Below, piece by piece: positions 1 to 10,510 of a stretch of 64,000 nucleotides of DNA. The notes beneath the pieces were generated by a model. It was not told where the DNA came from and ran no database searches. It was given only the letters and a program-made list of their open reading frames with translations. Source of the DNA: Basidiobolus meristosporus CBS 931.73 (Eukaryota > Fungi > Basidiobolomycota); contig MCFE01000138.1 of assembly GCA_002104905.1 (NCBI GenBank), forward strand, positions 1 to 64,000, read 5' to 3'. Numbering within the stretch: position 1 is the first letter of the stretch; the number at the start of each line of letters is the position of its first letter. The position numbers and the translations under genes are program-made.

Positions 1-387
1 TGCTATCCATAGTAATCTATCCATAGTAGCATAAGAAAACAGATAAAGTGCCTAATTGAAGGTTGCTTCATACGGCTATAAGAGTCGGCGTGTGATTTTG
101 TCAAAAGTAGAAAGAACATTTCGTTCCAGCTCATTGTTACTCTTTACTCATATTCCTCGATCGAATTCTGCATGCATTCAGATAAGAAGAAAGAATCACT
201 AAGGCATTAAATTACGTTTAGAGGCCCTAGCCACGCACACTATTGCGTTAGATTGCACTCCAAGTAGCAAAAATCTATTCATGTGCATAGGCCAGTTATT
301 TTATAAGAGTGAATGCAAGCCTCGAATATGCGTACTCATCGGTTTTATTGTCAAGAATGTTAATGATGAAGTTGAATGGAGTATATT

Positions 388-421
388 GCATCCTCCGTAT
401 CCCCCATAGCGCCCATATCCC
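388..421 (-). pseudogene. Short relic of the Gly/Tyr-rich peptide C-terminus (GYGRYGGYGGC)
   Basis: Reverse complement reads GGA TAT GGG CGC TAT GGG GGA TAC GGA GGA TGC, matching the core end of the intact genes. No signal or pro-region is attached. Confidence 0.45.
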
Positions 422-778
422 AAAAACTATCAGAGCTTCTAGCTTTGTGCTAGCTCTAGTATACTGTTGTTAGTAAGATAAGGACAAGCATACTGATGAA
501 GTAAGCATGTGTGTTTCCACTAACGTGGCCGGTAAAAATGCTGCAAAAAAGAAACACTTCAATTGACTGCCAAACTGTTGATACCCACCTACACATCCAC
601 TACCACAACCTATCTAACTCGTTATCCCTACTGCAGCTTGAGGAACTATGAAAACTGCAGCTTGATGAATTATGCAAACATCACCGAGTGGCTTCTATTA
701 ATTACGATGAGGCTTAGTATGAAGTTTAGCATGAAACATTGACAATGTGATGTTTATTTAAGGTAAGGATGTGGTGAA

Positions 779-838
779 TTAGCAACCCCAGTGGCATCCA
801 CTGTAGCCTCCATAGCCACCATACCCCCAATGTAAGTG
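779..838 (-). pseudogene. 3' fragment of a type-B Gly/Tyr-rich prepropeptide gene (HLHWGYGGYGGYSGCHWGC*)
   Basis: The core end and TAA stop match the 3658 gene, and the downstream flank (~550-778) is homologous to 3490-3657. The 5' part of the gene is deleted. Confidence 0.7.
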
Positions 839-927
839 CTGGTGCATTTTGAAGGAGTTGAGCGGATTGTACATATTAGCCACATATTGAGGATACCGCT
901 ATTGATTGTGTGGACCATATTTTGACT

Positions 928-1010
928 CCAGTTGCAGCCATCTCCATGTCCCAATGTGCCCCAGAAACGTAGCGTCCTAATCTCCTTCCGTTGCTGCCAT
1001 AACTCCCTCC
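928..1010 (-). pseudogene. Ancient degenerate Gly/Tyr-core relic, module C copy 1 (others at ~4352-4432, 6175-6234, 11190-11270)
   Basis: Four homologous ~80-bp blocks. The minus strand gives GSYGSNGR..GRY and GDGCNW across a frameshift, resembling ..YGGCDW of the intact cores. Confidence 0.45.
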
Positions 1011-1449
1011 ACATCTTGAGGAATGGAATGATGATGGAGCTTGATAAACCTATCTAGTTACATCTAACTCCAGTATTTATTCCTAGCTGGTTACTCATGC
1101 CACAGCACGCCCTGAAGTATATATGGAGTCAGTGTATAGCTCAGCTGAACGATGGTATACGGAATATAAAGATTATCGTACTTCTGTACTTATACAATAT
1201 ATTCCCTTGTAGTGCATATAGTTCGTTTGATATTCGTATAAGCTGGTTCAAGTATTGAAGGATTCTTATCAAACAACGTCCATTTATTAAGTGATCATTT
1301 TTAGTTGTATAGTCTCATTTGTGAATATCTCCAATGAGTTGTAGCAAGCGTGTTCAAATATTAGGACATTGTAGAAAACATATACCACAAAGTCCACCAA
1401 CATGCTTTAGGCTACAAAGGTATCTATTGTGCGGACAGGAATAAGTTTA

Positions 1450-2200
1450 CCGACTTTATATTTTACCAGTAGAGCAAAAGCTCTGGAAAGCTCTTATATT
1501 CACTAAGCAATAGTCAACATAGCACCAACATACTGTATGAAGCAGAGTCTTATGTATATCCTATAGCTACCTGAAGTGGGAATACAAAGCAAGTCATGTG
1601 TTGGAATTTACTATGAGTACCAAGAAATAATGCTTGTTGCTTGGCTGATGTCATGTTTATGCTTAGTGAGCTGAATAGTGAAAGCATCTCCGAAAGACTG
1701 CTGGAGTACTGTACAAAGCCTGCCAATCTCTCAGTATATTGAGACTTCAGCCATACCTGTGAAGGAAGAGTTGGGAATAGCAGTAAGTGAGTATTTCTGC
1801 TGAGAATGACTACAATGAACCTTATGGTCTTCTATACACCAGAGATATGATGGTGTAAGTGTCAGTCAGTGATCAGAGTGTAAGTAATGATGTGATAGAT
1901 ACTTCATCATGAGTGTATTTATCTACCATAGCCGTCATGGTTAGATACACTCCACAAAGCTCAGATGGTCACAAGATCTTGTCCTGGTCAAAATCCGTGT
2001 TTTGAGGCAGACGATTTTGAACCAGAATCCTCGTATGAAAGGCTTATCTACGCATCAACGGGGCATCAACGGGGCATCAACGGGGCATCATCTTTCACCA
2101 CCACTATCAGTTATATGCCCAACGGTAAGACTATAGAGATGTCAATGAGTTATTTCACTCTACGAATATATGCATGCATTCAATCAAAGCAACTATGCCA
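1450..2200 (+). pseudogene. Decayed adenylation-domain (NRPS A-domain / AMP-binding) gene relic, module E copy 1
   Basis: Across copies the + frame gives KLLYEVESYAVQL..LPAVGVQSKSRVGIFYEYQEIMLVAWL (A1/A2-like), LNSRSLSER, LLYT..PKDMMV (A3 with the SGSTG loop deleted) and DGHKVLSWSKSVFEADVFE (A4-like). GTAAGT..TAG and GTAAGA..CAG intron-like segments are present, with stops and frameshifts. Confidence 0.5.
2052..2088. repeat. 11-bp tandem repeat GCATCAACGGG x3 plus partial
   Basis: Seen directly. The paralogous modules at ~5206 and ~12148 carry 2 and 1 exact units plus a variant. Confidence 0.85.
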
Positions 2201-2360
2201 TTTGTTTACGTATCGAAACCCAAGCCACACACACTATAACAAGTCATACACACGATAAAGTTGTATATTATTCCCCTTCATTATCTTAGTAACTCTGCAT
2301 ATCCCCTTATGGCTCTACACAATCTTCTTTAATATTCGATTCAACGGTGAAGTACTCACA

Positions 2361-2618
2361 ATACGACTCAATACCGTTCTCTCCTTCTTAAACATGGTAC
2401 TGCCAACCTGCGTATCAACCTTGGCTCCTGGCAACACGTGACTGCCGGGCCATTGGATACCGTAGGCATAACTCCCGGACCACCCGGCACCTCCGCCAAA
2501 GCAATCCTGTACCTTTCTCTGCAAGATTGCAACAAGAAAAGGATCAGGTTTGCTGCGATTACCTCGAAACTACGGAAAAGAAGTGACCGTTGGAGCAGTG
2601 AGAGTCTCTGCTAACTAG
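2361..2618 (+). pseudogene. Small secreted 2-Cys protein pseudogene (family D, copy 1)
   Basis: Homologous to the intact 9367-9777 gene. Start mutated to ATA, shared frameshift after the signal peptide, and a further 23-bp deletion. Confidence 0.75.
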
Positions 2619-2743
2619 CATTCTCAATAAGAGTCATAATCACATGGCCATTCACTATCAATAGATAAAATGCAACGATACTTTATTCAAGCACACAGAC
2701 AAGCTGTGTTGTTGGAGTGAATGAAAGCCTTGATTCTTATTAT

Positions 2744-3193
2744 TCAGCAACCCCAGTCGCATCCACCATACCCTCCATATCCCCCGTAGCGTCCATATCC
2801 CCACCGACCTCCATAACCACCGTAGCGACCGTAACGTCCTCGTCCCCAGTATCTGCCCCTCCGCCGCCCATATCCGCCGTATCTCCCCCATAGCTGGGCC
2901 TCTTCTGGATTGCCCTCCTCTTCCTCGACTCCTTGGTCGACGCCTTGCTTGCTCGAGATAGTCTGATCAAACGTATTCCTCGACATCTGGCCGAGAATGC
3001 CATCGATGTAGTGTCGAATATTCTGCGCATCCTCTTCCCTGTTGGACGAGAACTTCTTCACCGTTTGACCGCTTTGCGGGTTCTTATCGGAGATGGATGC
3101 GCTCGCTACATTTGTGCTTGACACATCTACGGGACTTCCAAAGGCACTGACGACCATTAGTAGAGCACAGGCTGCGGTAAGTTGTTTGTACAT
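2744..3193 (-). CDS. Secreted Gly/Tyr/Arg/Trp-rich prepropeptide type A, 149 aa (signal MYKQLTAACALLMVVSAFG, acidic pro-region, 48-aa core ending CDWGC)
   Basis: Uninterrupted ORF. The true ATG is at 3193 (the track start at 3214 is TTG). TATATAAA lies 40 nt upstream. Hydrophobic signal, then DQGVEEEEGNPEEAQL, then the WGRYGGYG... core. Confidence 0.9.
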   Translation of the reverse strand: MYKQLTAACALLMVVSAFGSPVDVSSTNVASASISDKNPQSGQTVKKFSSNREEDAQNIRHYIDGILGQMSRNTFDQTISSKQGVDQGVEEEEGNPEEAQLWGRYGGYGRRRGRYWGRGRYGRYGGYGGRWGYGRYGGYGGYGGCDWGC

Positions 3194-3232
3194 TGTGAAT
3201 GTTGAATACTCCAATAAAGCTCAGCACCAGCC

Positions 3233-3240
3233 TTTATATA
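3233..3240 (-). promoter_or_regulatory. TATA box (TATATAAA) of the type-A peptide gene
   Basis: 40 nt upstream of the ATG. Conserved at the same offset in paralogs (8313-8320, 13383-13390). Confidence 0.6.
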
Positions 3241-3423
3241 CAGATACAAGATCGAGGTTGATTGATATCGCATCTAGGAAGCTTCGCGGAATCGATGGGT
3301 TTCGGACGAACGATATATTATATTTTGCATCTATTCTACAGGCATTAGGAAGATACAATAAGAGCTTCTAGAGCAGTGTTATCATGCGAAAAAAAATGAC
3401 TACTAACAGTACACCATTAAAAA

Positions 3424-3493
3424 GTAAAAATTGACAGCATTGAAGGTAAAAATTGACCGCATTTAAAGGTAAAAATTGGCACCATTTATGAAG
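3424..3493. repeat. Three imperfect 22-25 bp repeats GTAAAAATTGAC(A/C)GCATT..AAG upstream of the intact type-A gene
   Basis: Seen directly. Only a single related AAAAATTGGC motif lies upstream of the pseudogenised paralogs (~8551, ~13738). Confidence 0.6.
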
Positions 3494-3657
3494 ATAATTG
3501 ACAGCCAAACTGCAATAAGACTTATCTTTACCTAGACATCCACCTTATCCATACACATATCCGACTTTCTCTCCATACTGCAGCTTGGTAAACATCACTG
3601 ATTAATTACGATGAGCATTGTCATTATGATGTTTATTAAACGTAAGGATGTAGTGCA

Positions 3658-4077
3658 TTAGCAACCCCAGTCGCATCCACCATAGCCACCATATCCCCCG
3701 TAGCGCCCATATCCCCATCGGCCTCCGTAGCCACCATAGCGACTGTAACGTCCTCGTCCCCAGTATCTGCTCCCCAACCTTCCATAGCCACCATATCTAC
3801 CCCAAAGCCCGGTCTCTTCAGAGTCAGTGTCTTCACTTGTAGGAGACACTTCTTCATCTGCCAACCCACTGCCTGACATTTGGCCGAATATGTCGTCAAG
3901 AATGGCGCGAGCATCTTCGTCTTTTGCGGATTGGAATTGTGTTATCATTTTGCCGCTTTGTGGGTCCCGGATGGAGATGGAAGCACTTGCTACATTGGTT
4001 ACTTCTGGCTGCACAGGAGTTGCCACTGCATATGAGGCAATTAGGAGAGCAAAGGGGATGGAGAAGTGCTTGTACAT
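3658..4077 (-). CDS. Secreted Gly/Tyr/Arg/Trp-rich prepropeptide type B, 139 aa
   Basis: Open ORF. Likely start is MYKHFSIPFALLIASYAVA (ATG 4077, aligns with the type-A start). Pro-region ends DEEVSPTSEDTDSEETGL, followed by a 48-aa core ending GGCDWGC. Confidence 0.88.
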   Translation of the reverse strand: MYKHFSIPFALLIASYAVATPVQPEVTNVASASISIRDPQSGKMITQFQSAKDEDARAILDDIFGQMSGSGLADEEVSPTSEDTDSEETGLWGRYGGYGRLGSRYWGRGRYSRYGGYGGRWGYGRYGGYGGYGGCDWGC

Positions 4078-4869
4078 TGTGAATCTGAATGAGCTGATTA
4101 TGAGTATATATACCCGCATAGCAGAAGCTGATGATGGAGCTTATTAGAGACACTCAACTTTACCTCTGCCTTCAGTGAGAAGCGCTGCGGGTGATCCATA
4201 CGATCGTTCAATAGAAACTGTTTAGTGGCTCTTCATTCAATCAAACACGCATACCACAACGAAAAGCTTCACAAGATCATTTGTTTAGCAGATATGTTGC
4301 AGGTTAGCAACATCCATATTAACCATATGTTGATATTGATTGTGTGAACTTCCAGTTGCAGCCATCTCCATGTACCAATGTATCCTGTCACTGTAGCGTC
4401 GTTACCCCCTTCCGTTGATGCCATAACTCCCTTTATATCATCATATTTACTAAAGAATGGCATGATTAATGACATCTCTTGAGCCAACTCAGGTATTTCT
4501 TCCCAGTCGGTTACACATACAGTTAACCTACCGCAGTAAATCCTGAAGAATATACTTGGTCGGTGTATGGTAAGCGGAATTAGTAAGCTCCAAGTTAGGC
4601 TGCGATAATATAAAAATTAGTGTACTTATCGAATAGATTCTCAGTGCATATAGCTTGTTGTAAGTTCATGCTAGCTGATATTGGAAGGGGCTGCGGTTCA
4701 AGCACTGAGAACTAGCTGCGATCATTATTACTAAATGACAACCATTGATAGCCTCAAGCATTCCATTTTCATTCTTAGTTGTACAGTATCTGTTGCAAAT
4801 ATCTTCAAATATTGGGATATTGTGGAGAATATAGGGTACTTGATATTGTGGAGAATATAGGGTACTTGA

Positions 4870-5345
4870 TATTTAGTGAAGGAAGAACTGCTCATAGCAG
4901 TGAGTGCTGAGGTCAGAGTATTTCTGCTGAGAATACTGAGGAGATAATGGTTCTGTGAAAATGACTACGACAAACCTTGTGATCTTCTATACACCAAAGA
5001 TATGATGGTGTAGGTGTCAGTCAGTGATCAGAGTGTAAGTAATGATGTGATAGATACTCCAGCATGAGTGTATTTATCTACCATAGCCGTCATGGTTAGA
5101 TACACTCCACAAAGCTCAGATGGTCACAAGGTCTTGTCCTGGTCAAAATCCGTGTTTGAGGCAGACGTATTTGAATCAGAATCCTCGTATGAAAGGCTTA
5201 TCTACGCATCAACGGGGCATCAACGGGGCATCAACTGGGCATCATCTTTCACCACCACTATCAGTCATATGCCCAACGGTAAGACTATAGAGATTTCAAT
5301 GAGTTATTTCACTCTACGATTATATGCATGCATTCAATCAGGTTT
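4870..5345 (+). pseudogene. Adenylation-domain relic, module E copy 2
   Basis: Homologous to 1760-2200. Contains LLYT-PK(D)MMV and VLSWSKSVFEADVFE, and an intron-like segment 5279-5341 (GTAAGA..CAG). Confidence 0.45.
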
Positions 5346-5588
5346 GCGCTTATAGCAACTATGACGTTTTGAAGTCTTTCTATGTTACTAGTAGCAAGGA
5401 ACGGGCTCTCTTGGCTAGAAACTGAAGTAATCATATGCGTACTCCCAAGACTGAAAAAAGTACTCTAATAGAATACTCCCCTTCATTGTCATGGTAATTC
5501 TGCCTGTCTCTCCTTGCCAACAGTGCCTATCTCCTTATAGCTCTATACAATCGTATTTAATATTCGATTTAACGGTAAAACACACACA

Positions 5589-5831
5589 GTGCGATTCAAT
5601 ACCGTTCTCTGCTCCTTAACCGTGGCACTGCTAACCCGCGTATCAAACTCGGCTCATGCCAACACGTGACCTGCAGACCGGTAGATACCGCAAGCATCAC
5701 TTCCGGACCATCCAGCACCTCCGCCAAAGCAATAATGTACCCTTCTCTGTAAGATTGCAACAGGAAAAGGAACAGGATTGTTGCGAGTACCTCCAAATAA
5801 CCGAAAAGAAGTAGGGGTCTCTGCTAACTAG
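5589..5831 (+). pseudogene. Family D secreted-protein pseudogene, copy 2
   Basis: GTG replaces ATG, shared frameshift, in-frame TAA (CAA>TAA) and 3' deletions. Confidence 0.75.
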
Positions 5832-5990
5832 CATTCACGACAAGAGTTATAAAGAATACATCCCATCGAATTATACTCAGGGCCATTCACTATCGATAGA
5901 CAAAATGCGACAGTACTTTATTCAAGCACACAAAAAAGCTGCGTTGCTGGAGTGAACGAAAGCCTTGACTCTTATTAGTAAGGAGTTTAT

Positions 5991-6242
5991 TCAGCAACCC
6001 CAGTCGCATCCACCATAGCCTCCATATTCCCACAGACCTCCATAACCACCGTAACGACCGTAACGTCCTCGTCCCCAGTATCTGCCCCTCCACGGCCCAT
6101 ACCCGCCGTATCTCCCCCATAGCTCGGCCTCTTCAGGATTGCCCTCCTCTTCCTCGACTCCTTGGTCGGCATTCGCCATCTCCATGTACCAATGTATCCT
6201 ATCACCGTATCCCCTTCCGTTGCTGCCACAACTCATATTCAT
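5991..6242 (-). pseudogene. 5'-deleted type-A gene fused in frame to the module C relic (83-aa ATG ORF, no signal peptide)
   Basis: The C-terminal part is ADQGVEEEEGNPEEAELWGRY...CDWGC. The N-terminal MNMSCGSNGRGYGDRIHWYMEM derives from module C. Junction at ~6170-6175. Confidence 0.75.
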
Positions 6243-6949
6243 TAAAGAGTGGCACGGTTGATTAAAACATCTCTTGATCCGATCTAGCTACATCCAACTC
6301 CAGTGTTTATTCCTAGTCGGTTACGCATACAGTCAACCTGCCGCAATACATCCTCAAGTATAGGTCAGCTGAACGAGGAATAAATAAGCTTAAAGTTAGG
6401 ATGCTATAATATAGAAATTAGTATACTTCTGTACTTATCTAACAGTGCTTATAGCTCGCTTGTAAGTAAGTTCATTGTAGGTAATATTGGCAGGGATTGC
6501 GGCTCAAATAATGATAGCTGCCTCAAGTATTCGGGCTACTACTTTTTCATTCTTAGTTATATAGTGCCTGTTGTAAATATCTCAAATATTAAAGCATTGT
6601 GAAGAATGTTTGGCACTTGATATGGTACCTGAAGCTGATAGTGCAATACTGGTTCAGAAGTGTCCAGTAAACCAAGGGTTCTGGTGATATTTAAATGAGG
6701 AAAGCAGAGGCCTATTGCACCTGGGCAGCCTGTAAGTAACTTTCAATCATCAATTACATAAAGAACTGCTCACCAAGGAGTCAATGTAAGTTCAAAATCC
6801 CTACTGCAGGCTAACTCCACTACAAAGTCTGCTCACTCCAATAGCCAACAGTATGGATCAAGGAGCTATCAGCACCATTCTATATGCTACAAGGTTATTT
6901 ATTGCGAAAATATGAGTTGGAATGCTGCCTAGAACAAGTTTACTGAGCT

Positions 6950-7400
6950 TATGTTTTACCAGTAGCTTTAGAGCAATGGAGAGTTCCTACTCTTGCTTAT
7001 CAGTGTTCAAAATAACACCAAATTACTATACGAAGTAGAGTCCTATGCAGTACAATTGTATATCTGGTAGCTACCTGCAGTGGGAGTACAAAGCAAGTCA
7101 CGTGTTGGTATTTTCTACGAGTACCAAGAAATAATGATTAAACATGGCCTATTTATGCTAGTGTGCTGTAATCAGCTAAACAGTAGGAGCCTCTCTGAAA
7201 GACAGCTGGAGCGCCGTACAAAGCCTGCATCACCTATGCCAGCATGCCAATGTCTTAGTATATTGAGACTTTAGCCATACCTGTGAAGGAAACTGTTCAT
7301 AACAGCAAGTGCTGAGGCCGCTGCACTGCTGTTGAGAATACTGAAGAGATAATAATATTTTGGGTATGACTACAATGAACCTTATGATCGTCTATATAAG
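6950..7400 (+). pseudogene. Adenylation-domain relic, module E copy 3 (5' part)
   Basis: + frame ISVQNNTKLLYEVESYAVQLYIW*LPAVGVQSKSRVGIFYEYQEIMI...QLNSRSLSERQLE resembles the A-domain pattern LTYxEL..A.QL..L...GV...SRVGI..E...EMI...PLD...PAER. Confidence 0.5.
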
Positions 7401-7465
7401 TATCAGTCAGTAATAACTTGGCAAGTAGAATGCTGCCAGCTTGATGTGATAAATAAACCCTAGCC

Positions 7466-7733
7466 CCGTTCTCTACTCCTTAACCGTGGCACTGCTAACC
7501 AGCGTGTCAACATCAGCTCATGTCAACACGTGACCTGCAAACCGGTAGATACCACAAGCATCACTTCCGGTCCACCCAGCACCTCCGCCAAAGTAATCCT
7601 GTACCCTTCCCTGCAAGATTGCAACTGTAAAAGGAACAGGACTGCTACAATTACCTCTAAACAATTCGAGATACACATCGCGAAGTACGGAAAAGAAGTG
7701 ACCGTTGGAGCAGTGAGAGTCTCTGCCAACTAG
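7466..7733 (+). pseudogene. Family D secreted-protein pseudogene, copy 3 (5'-truncated)
   Basis: Lacks the first codons and has the shared frameshift. The mature-domain frame is open (TCKPVDTTSITSGPPSTSAKVILYPSLQDC...VRVSAN*). Confidence 0.75.
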
Positions 7734-7858
7734 CATTCTCAATAAGAGTCATAATCACATGGCCATTTACTATCGATAGATACAATGCAACGGTACTTTA
7801 TTCAAGCACATAGGCAAGTTGTGTTGTTGGAGTGGATGAAAGCCTTGATTCTTATTAT

Positions 7859-8273
7859 TTAGCAACCCCAGTCGCATCCACCATACCCTCCATATCCCCA
7901 TCGACCTCCATAACCACCGTAGCGACCGTAGTGTCCTCGTCCCCAGGATCTGCCCCTCCGCCGCCCATATCCACCGTATCTCCCCCATAGCTGGGCCTCT
8001 TCTGGATTGCCCTCCTCTTCCTCGACATCTTGGTCGGCGTCTTGCTTATCCGAGAGGGTCTGATCGAACGTATTTCTTGACATCTGGCCGAGAATGCCAT
8101 CGATGTAGTGTCGAATATTCTGCGCATCCTCCTCCTTGTTGGACGAGAACCTCTTCACCACTTGGCCACTTTGTGGATCCCTATCGGAGATTTGTGCTTG
8201 ACACATCCACGGGACTTCCAAAGGCATTGACGGCCATTAGTAGAGCACAAGCTGCGGTAAGTTGTTTGTACAT
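7859..8273 (-). pseudogene. Type-A prepropeptide pseudogene (17-bp deletion)
   Basis: ATG at 8273. Loss of TGGATGCGCTCGCTACA relative to 3108-3130 shifts the frame (MYKQ...SSTNLR*). The downstream pro-region and a 42-aa core are still recognisable. Confidence 0.85.
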
Positions 8274-8641
8274 TGTGAATGTTGAATACTCAAATAAAGC
8301 TCAGCACCAGTCTTTATATACACATACAAGATGGAGGTTGATTGATATCGCATCTAGGAAGCTTCAGTCAAATGATGTAGTATATTTCGGAGGCAACCAC
8401 CGCAGCCAAAGTACAAACACTCGATTTCTGTTAACAACAACACTAGTCGTGGTATAGAGATTTCTATACTATGTTATATGAAAGTGGCAAGTGTTTATCT
8501 CGTAAACGGAAATGGGTAGATAAACAGCGAGAGCCTCAAAAGAGAGCCTCAAAAATTGGCATTTATTTTGCATGATTTAGAGTTGTGGATGATCGCAATA
8601 TTAGTAGTAAGCTTAACAGCATGATGTATTAAATTAGCAGC

Positions 8642-8824
8642 TCAAGCAAACCCTCCAAGTTCCCAGCGACCATCATAGTCCCCGAAGTGACCATAACGAC
8701 CTCGTCACCTGCCCTCTCTGGTGCGAGCACCTTCTTCCTACACACCGTTTCCCGACTTTGGAGAAGAGATGGACACACTTGTCACATTAAAAAGTATTAG
8801 AGCGATGGAAAAGTACTTGCGCAT
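8642..8824 (-). pseudogene. Highly deleted type-B-like relic (MRKYFSIAL..NVTSVSISSPKSG..RGRYGHFGDYDGRW)
   Basis: Pieces of the signal, pro-region and core are colinear with type B, with two in-frame stops. Confidence 0.6.
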
Positions 8825-9366
8825 GGTGAACACCAAAGAATAAACGGAGCCTCCCCTCGTGTATATTTTACGTTATCAATCCCATACTGGTCATCTTTTT
8901 CTTTGGCCACCACCATTTGCCGTTCTTCACCAGAAGTCATCACCACCATCTGATTCCTTCATCAGGAGATGAATGAGTGGGCTACAAATGGGCAATGCCT
9001 ATATACTAAGCATGCACTCAAAATTTAAAGCCTCAGTGTAACAGAAACTACAACACTTTATTTACGCCTAGATCGCACTCACCATATTCGGCGTTACGAT
9101 ACTAATGGAAGCGAGCAGGCAACGCATCCATGCCACATATGCAGGCTAACACTAGTCATCGAACAATACAAGGATCATCACTTGAGTTCGATGGTTTCTC
9201 CTTTAAAAAAAGTGCTTAGCCCAAAGCGAATTTGGTGAATAATAAAGAATATTCCGCTTCATCATGGTAGCTCAGCCTGTCTCTCCTTACAAGCCGGGCT
9301 AATTTCCTATAAAATCGCTTGTAATGTTCACCTTATTCATCAGGCATACACACAGAGGCACACACA

Positions 9367-9777
9367 ATGCGATTCAGTACCGTTTTCTGCTCCTTGACCA
9401 TGGCACTACTAGCCGGCACGACAACTTCAGCACAATCCTCTAGTGCGTTACTAACTATGTATCAGTATATAACCCAACTAGCCGCAACCAGTGAGCCTTA
9501 CTAACCAAATACTTACAATGTAGAGTTGGTGAATACTCCTGAAGATACTGCACAACAACTACCATTCTCGGCTGGCTCATGCCAACGTGTGACCTACTCC
9601 AGCATCACCCCTGAATCTCCCAGTACCTCTGCTCAAGCCGTCCTGTATCCTTCTCTGCAAGATTGTTACAATCGCAGGAACAGGATAGCTGCTATAACAT
9701 CCAAACAACTCGAGGTGCCTATCGCGAAGAACGGAAAAGAAGTGACTGTTGGAGCAGTAAGAGTATCTGTCAGCTAG
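9367..9777 (+). CDS. Intact spliced small secreted 2-Cys protein (family D), 109 aa
   Basis: Exon 1 9367-9442 (MRFSTVFCSLTMALLAGTTTSAQSS, a signal peptide). Intron 9443-9523 (GTGCGT..TACTAAC..TAG, 81 nt, contains an in-frame stop). Exon 2 9524-9777 is in frame (KLVNTPEDTAQQLPFSAGSCQRVT..AVLYPSLQDCYNRRNR..VTVGAVRVSVS*). TATAAAA at 9308-9314. About 13 synonymous third-position changes versus copy 3. Confidence 0.75.
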
Positions 9778-10112
9778 CATCCTCAATAAACCGCATTGTT
9801 TAGCCAGGAGTGATAAAGAATGCATCCCATTAGATATACACAGCCAGAATGAAAGAGCAACTGTAACAGACTAGTGAACGAAAGCCTAGAATATGCCTAC
9901 ACATCATTCTGAGCAAAAGATCAATGGAGTGTATCCACCGTGGCGATACTAGTAGCAAGGAACGGGCTCTCTTAGCTAGAAACTGAAGTAAGGGTGATGC
10001 TCCCCTTCATTGTTATGGTAGCTCTGCCTGTCTCTCCTTGCCAACCGTGCTTATCTCCTTATAGCTCTATACAGTCCTCTTCAGTATTCGATTCAACGGT
10101 GAAACACACACA

Positions 10113-10385
10113 ATGCGATACAAAACCGTTCTCTGCTCCTTAACCGTGGCACTGCTAACCTGCATACCAGCCTCGGCTCATGCCAACACGTGACCGGTAG
10201 ATACCGCAAGCATCACTTCCGGACCGCCCAACACCTTCGCCAAAGCGATCCCGTACCCTTCTCTGCAAGATTGCAACAGGAAAAGGAACAGGATTGCTAC
10301 GATTACCTCCAAACAACCCGAGACACACATCGCGATGAACGGAAAAGAAGTGACCTTTGGAGCAGTGAGGGTCTCTGCCAGCTAG
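10113..10385 (+). pseudogene. Family D pseudogene, copy 4
   Basis: ATG and signal MRYKTVLCSLTVALLTCIPASA are intact, then the shared frameshift gives HANT*. Confidence 0.75.
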
Positions 10386-10510
10386 CACTCTAAATAAGAG
10401 TCATAATCACATGGCCATTCACTATCGATAGATACAATGCAACGGTACTTTATTCAAGCACACAGACAAGTGGTGTTGTTGGAGTGAATGAAAGCCTTGA
10501 TTCTTATTAT

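Noticed and set aside
7518-7742. Minus-strand membrane-like ORFs over family D modules (e.g. EVIVAVLFLLQLQSC.., DYFGGGAGW..)
   Set aside because: The hydrophobic frame has two stops in the 9.6-kb copy, and the other frame takes mostly non-synonymous changes. Signal peptide, intron and TATA support the plus strand.
9443-9523. Two ultra-short introns (23 nt and 33 nt) in gene D
   Set aside because: Using both breaks the frame. A single 81-nt intron is in frame and closer to normal size. The 33-nt option alone is in frame but less plausible.
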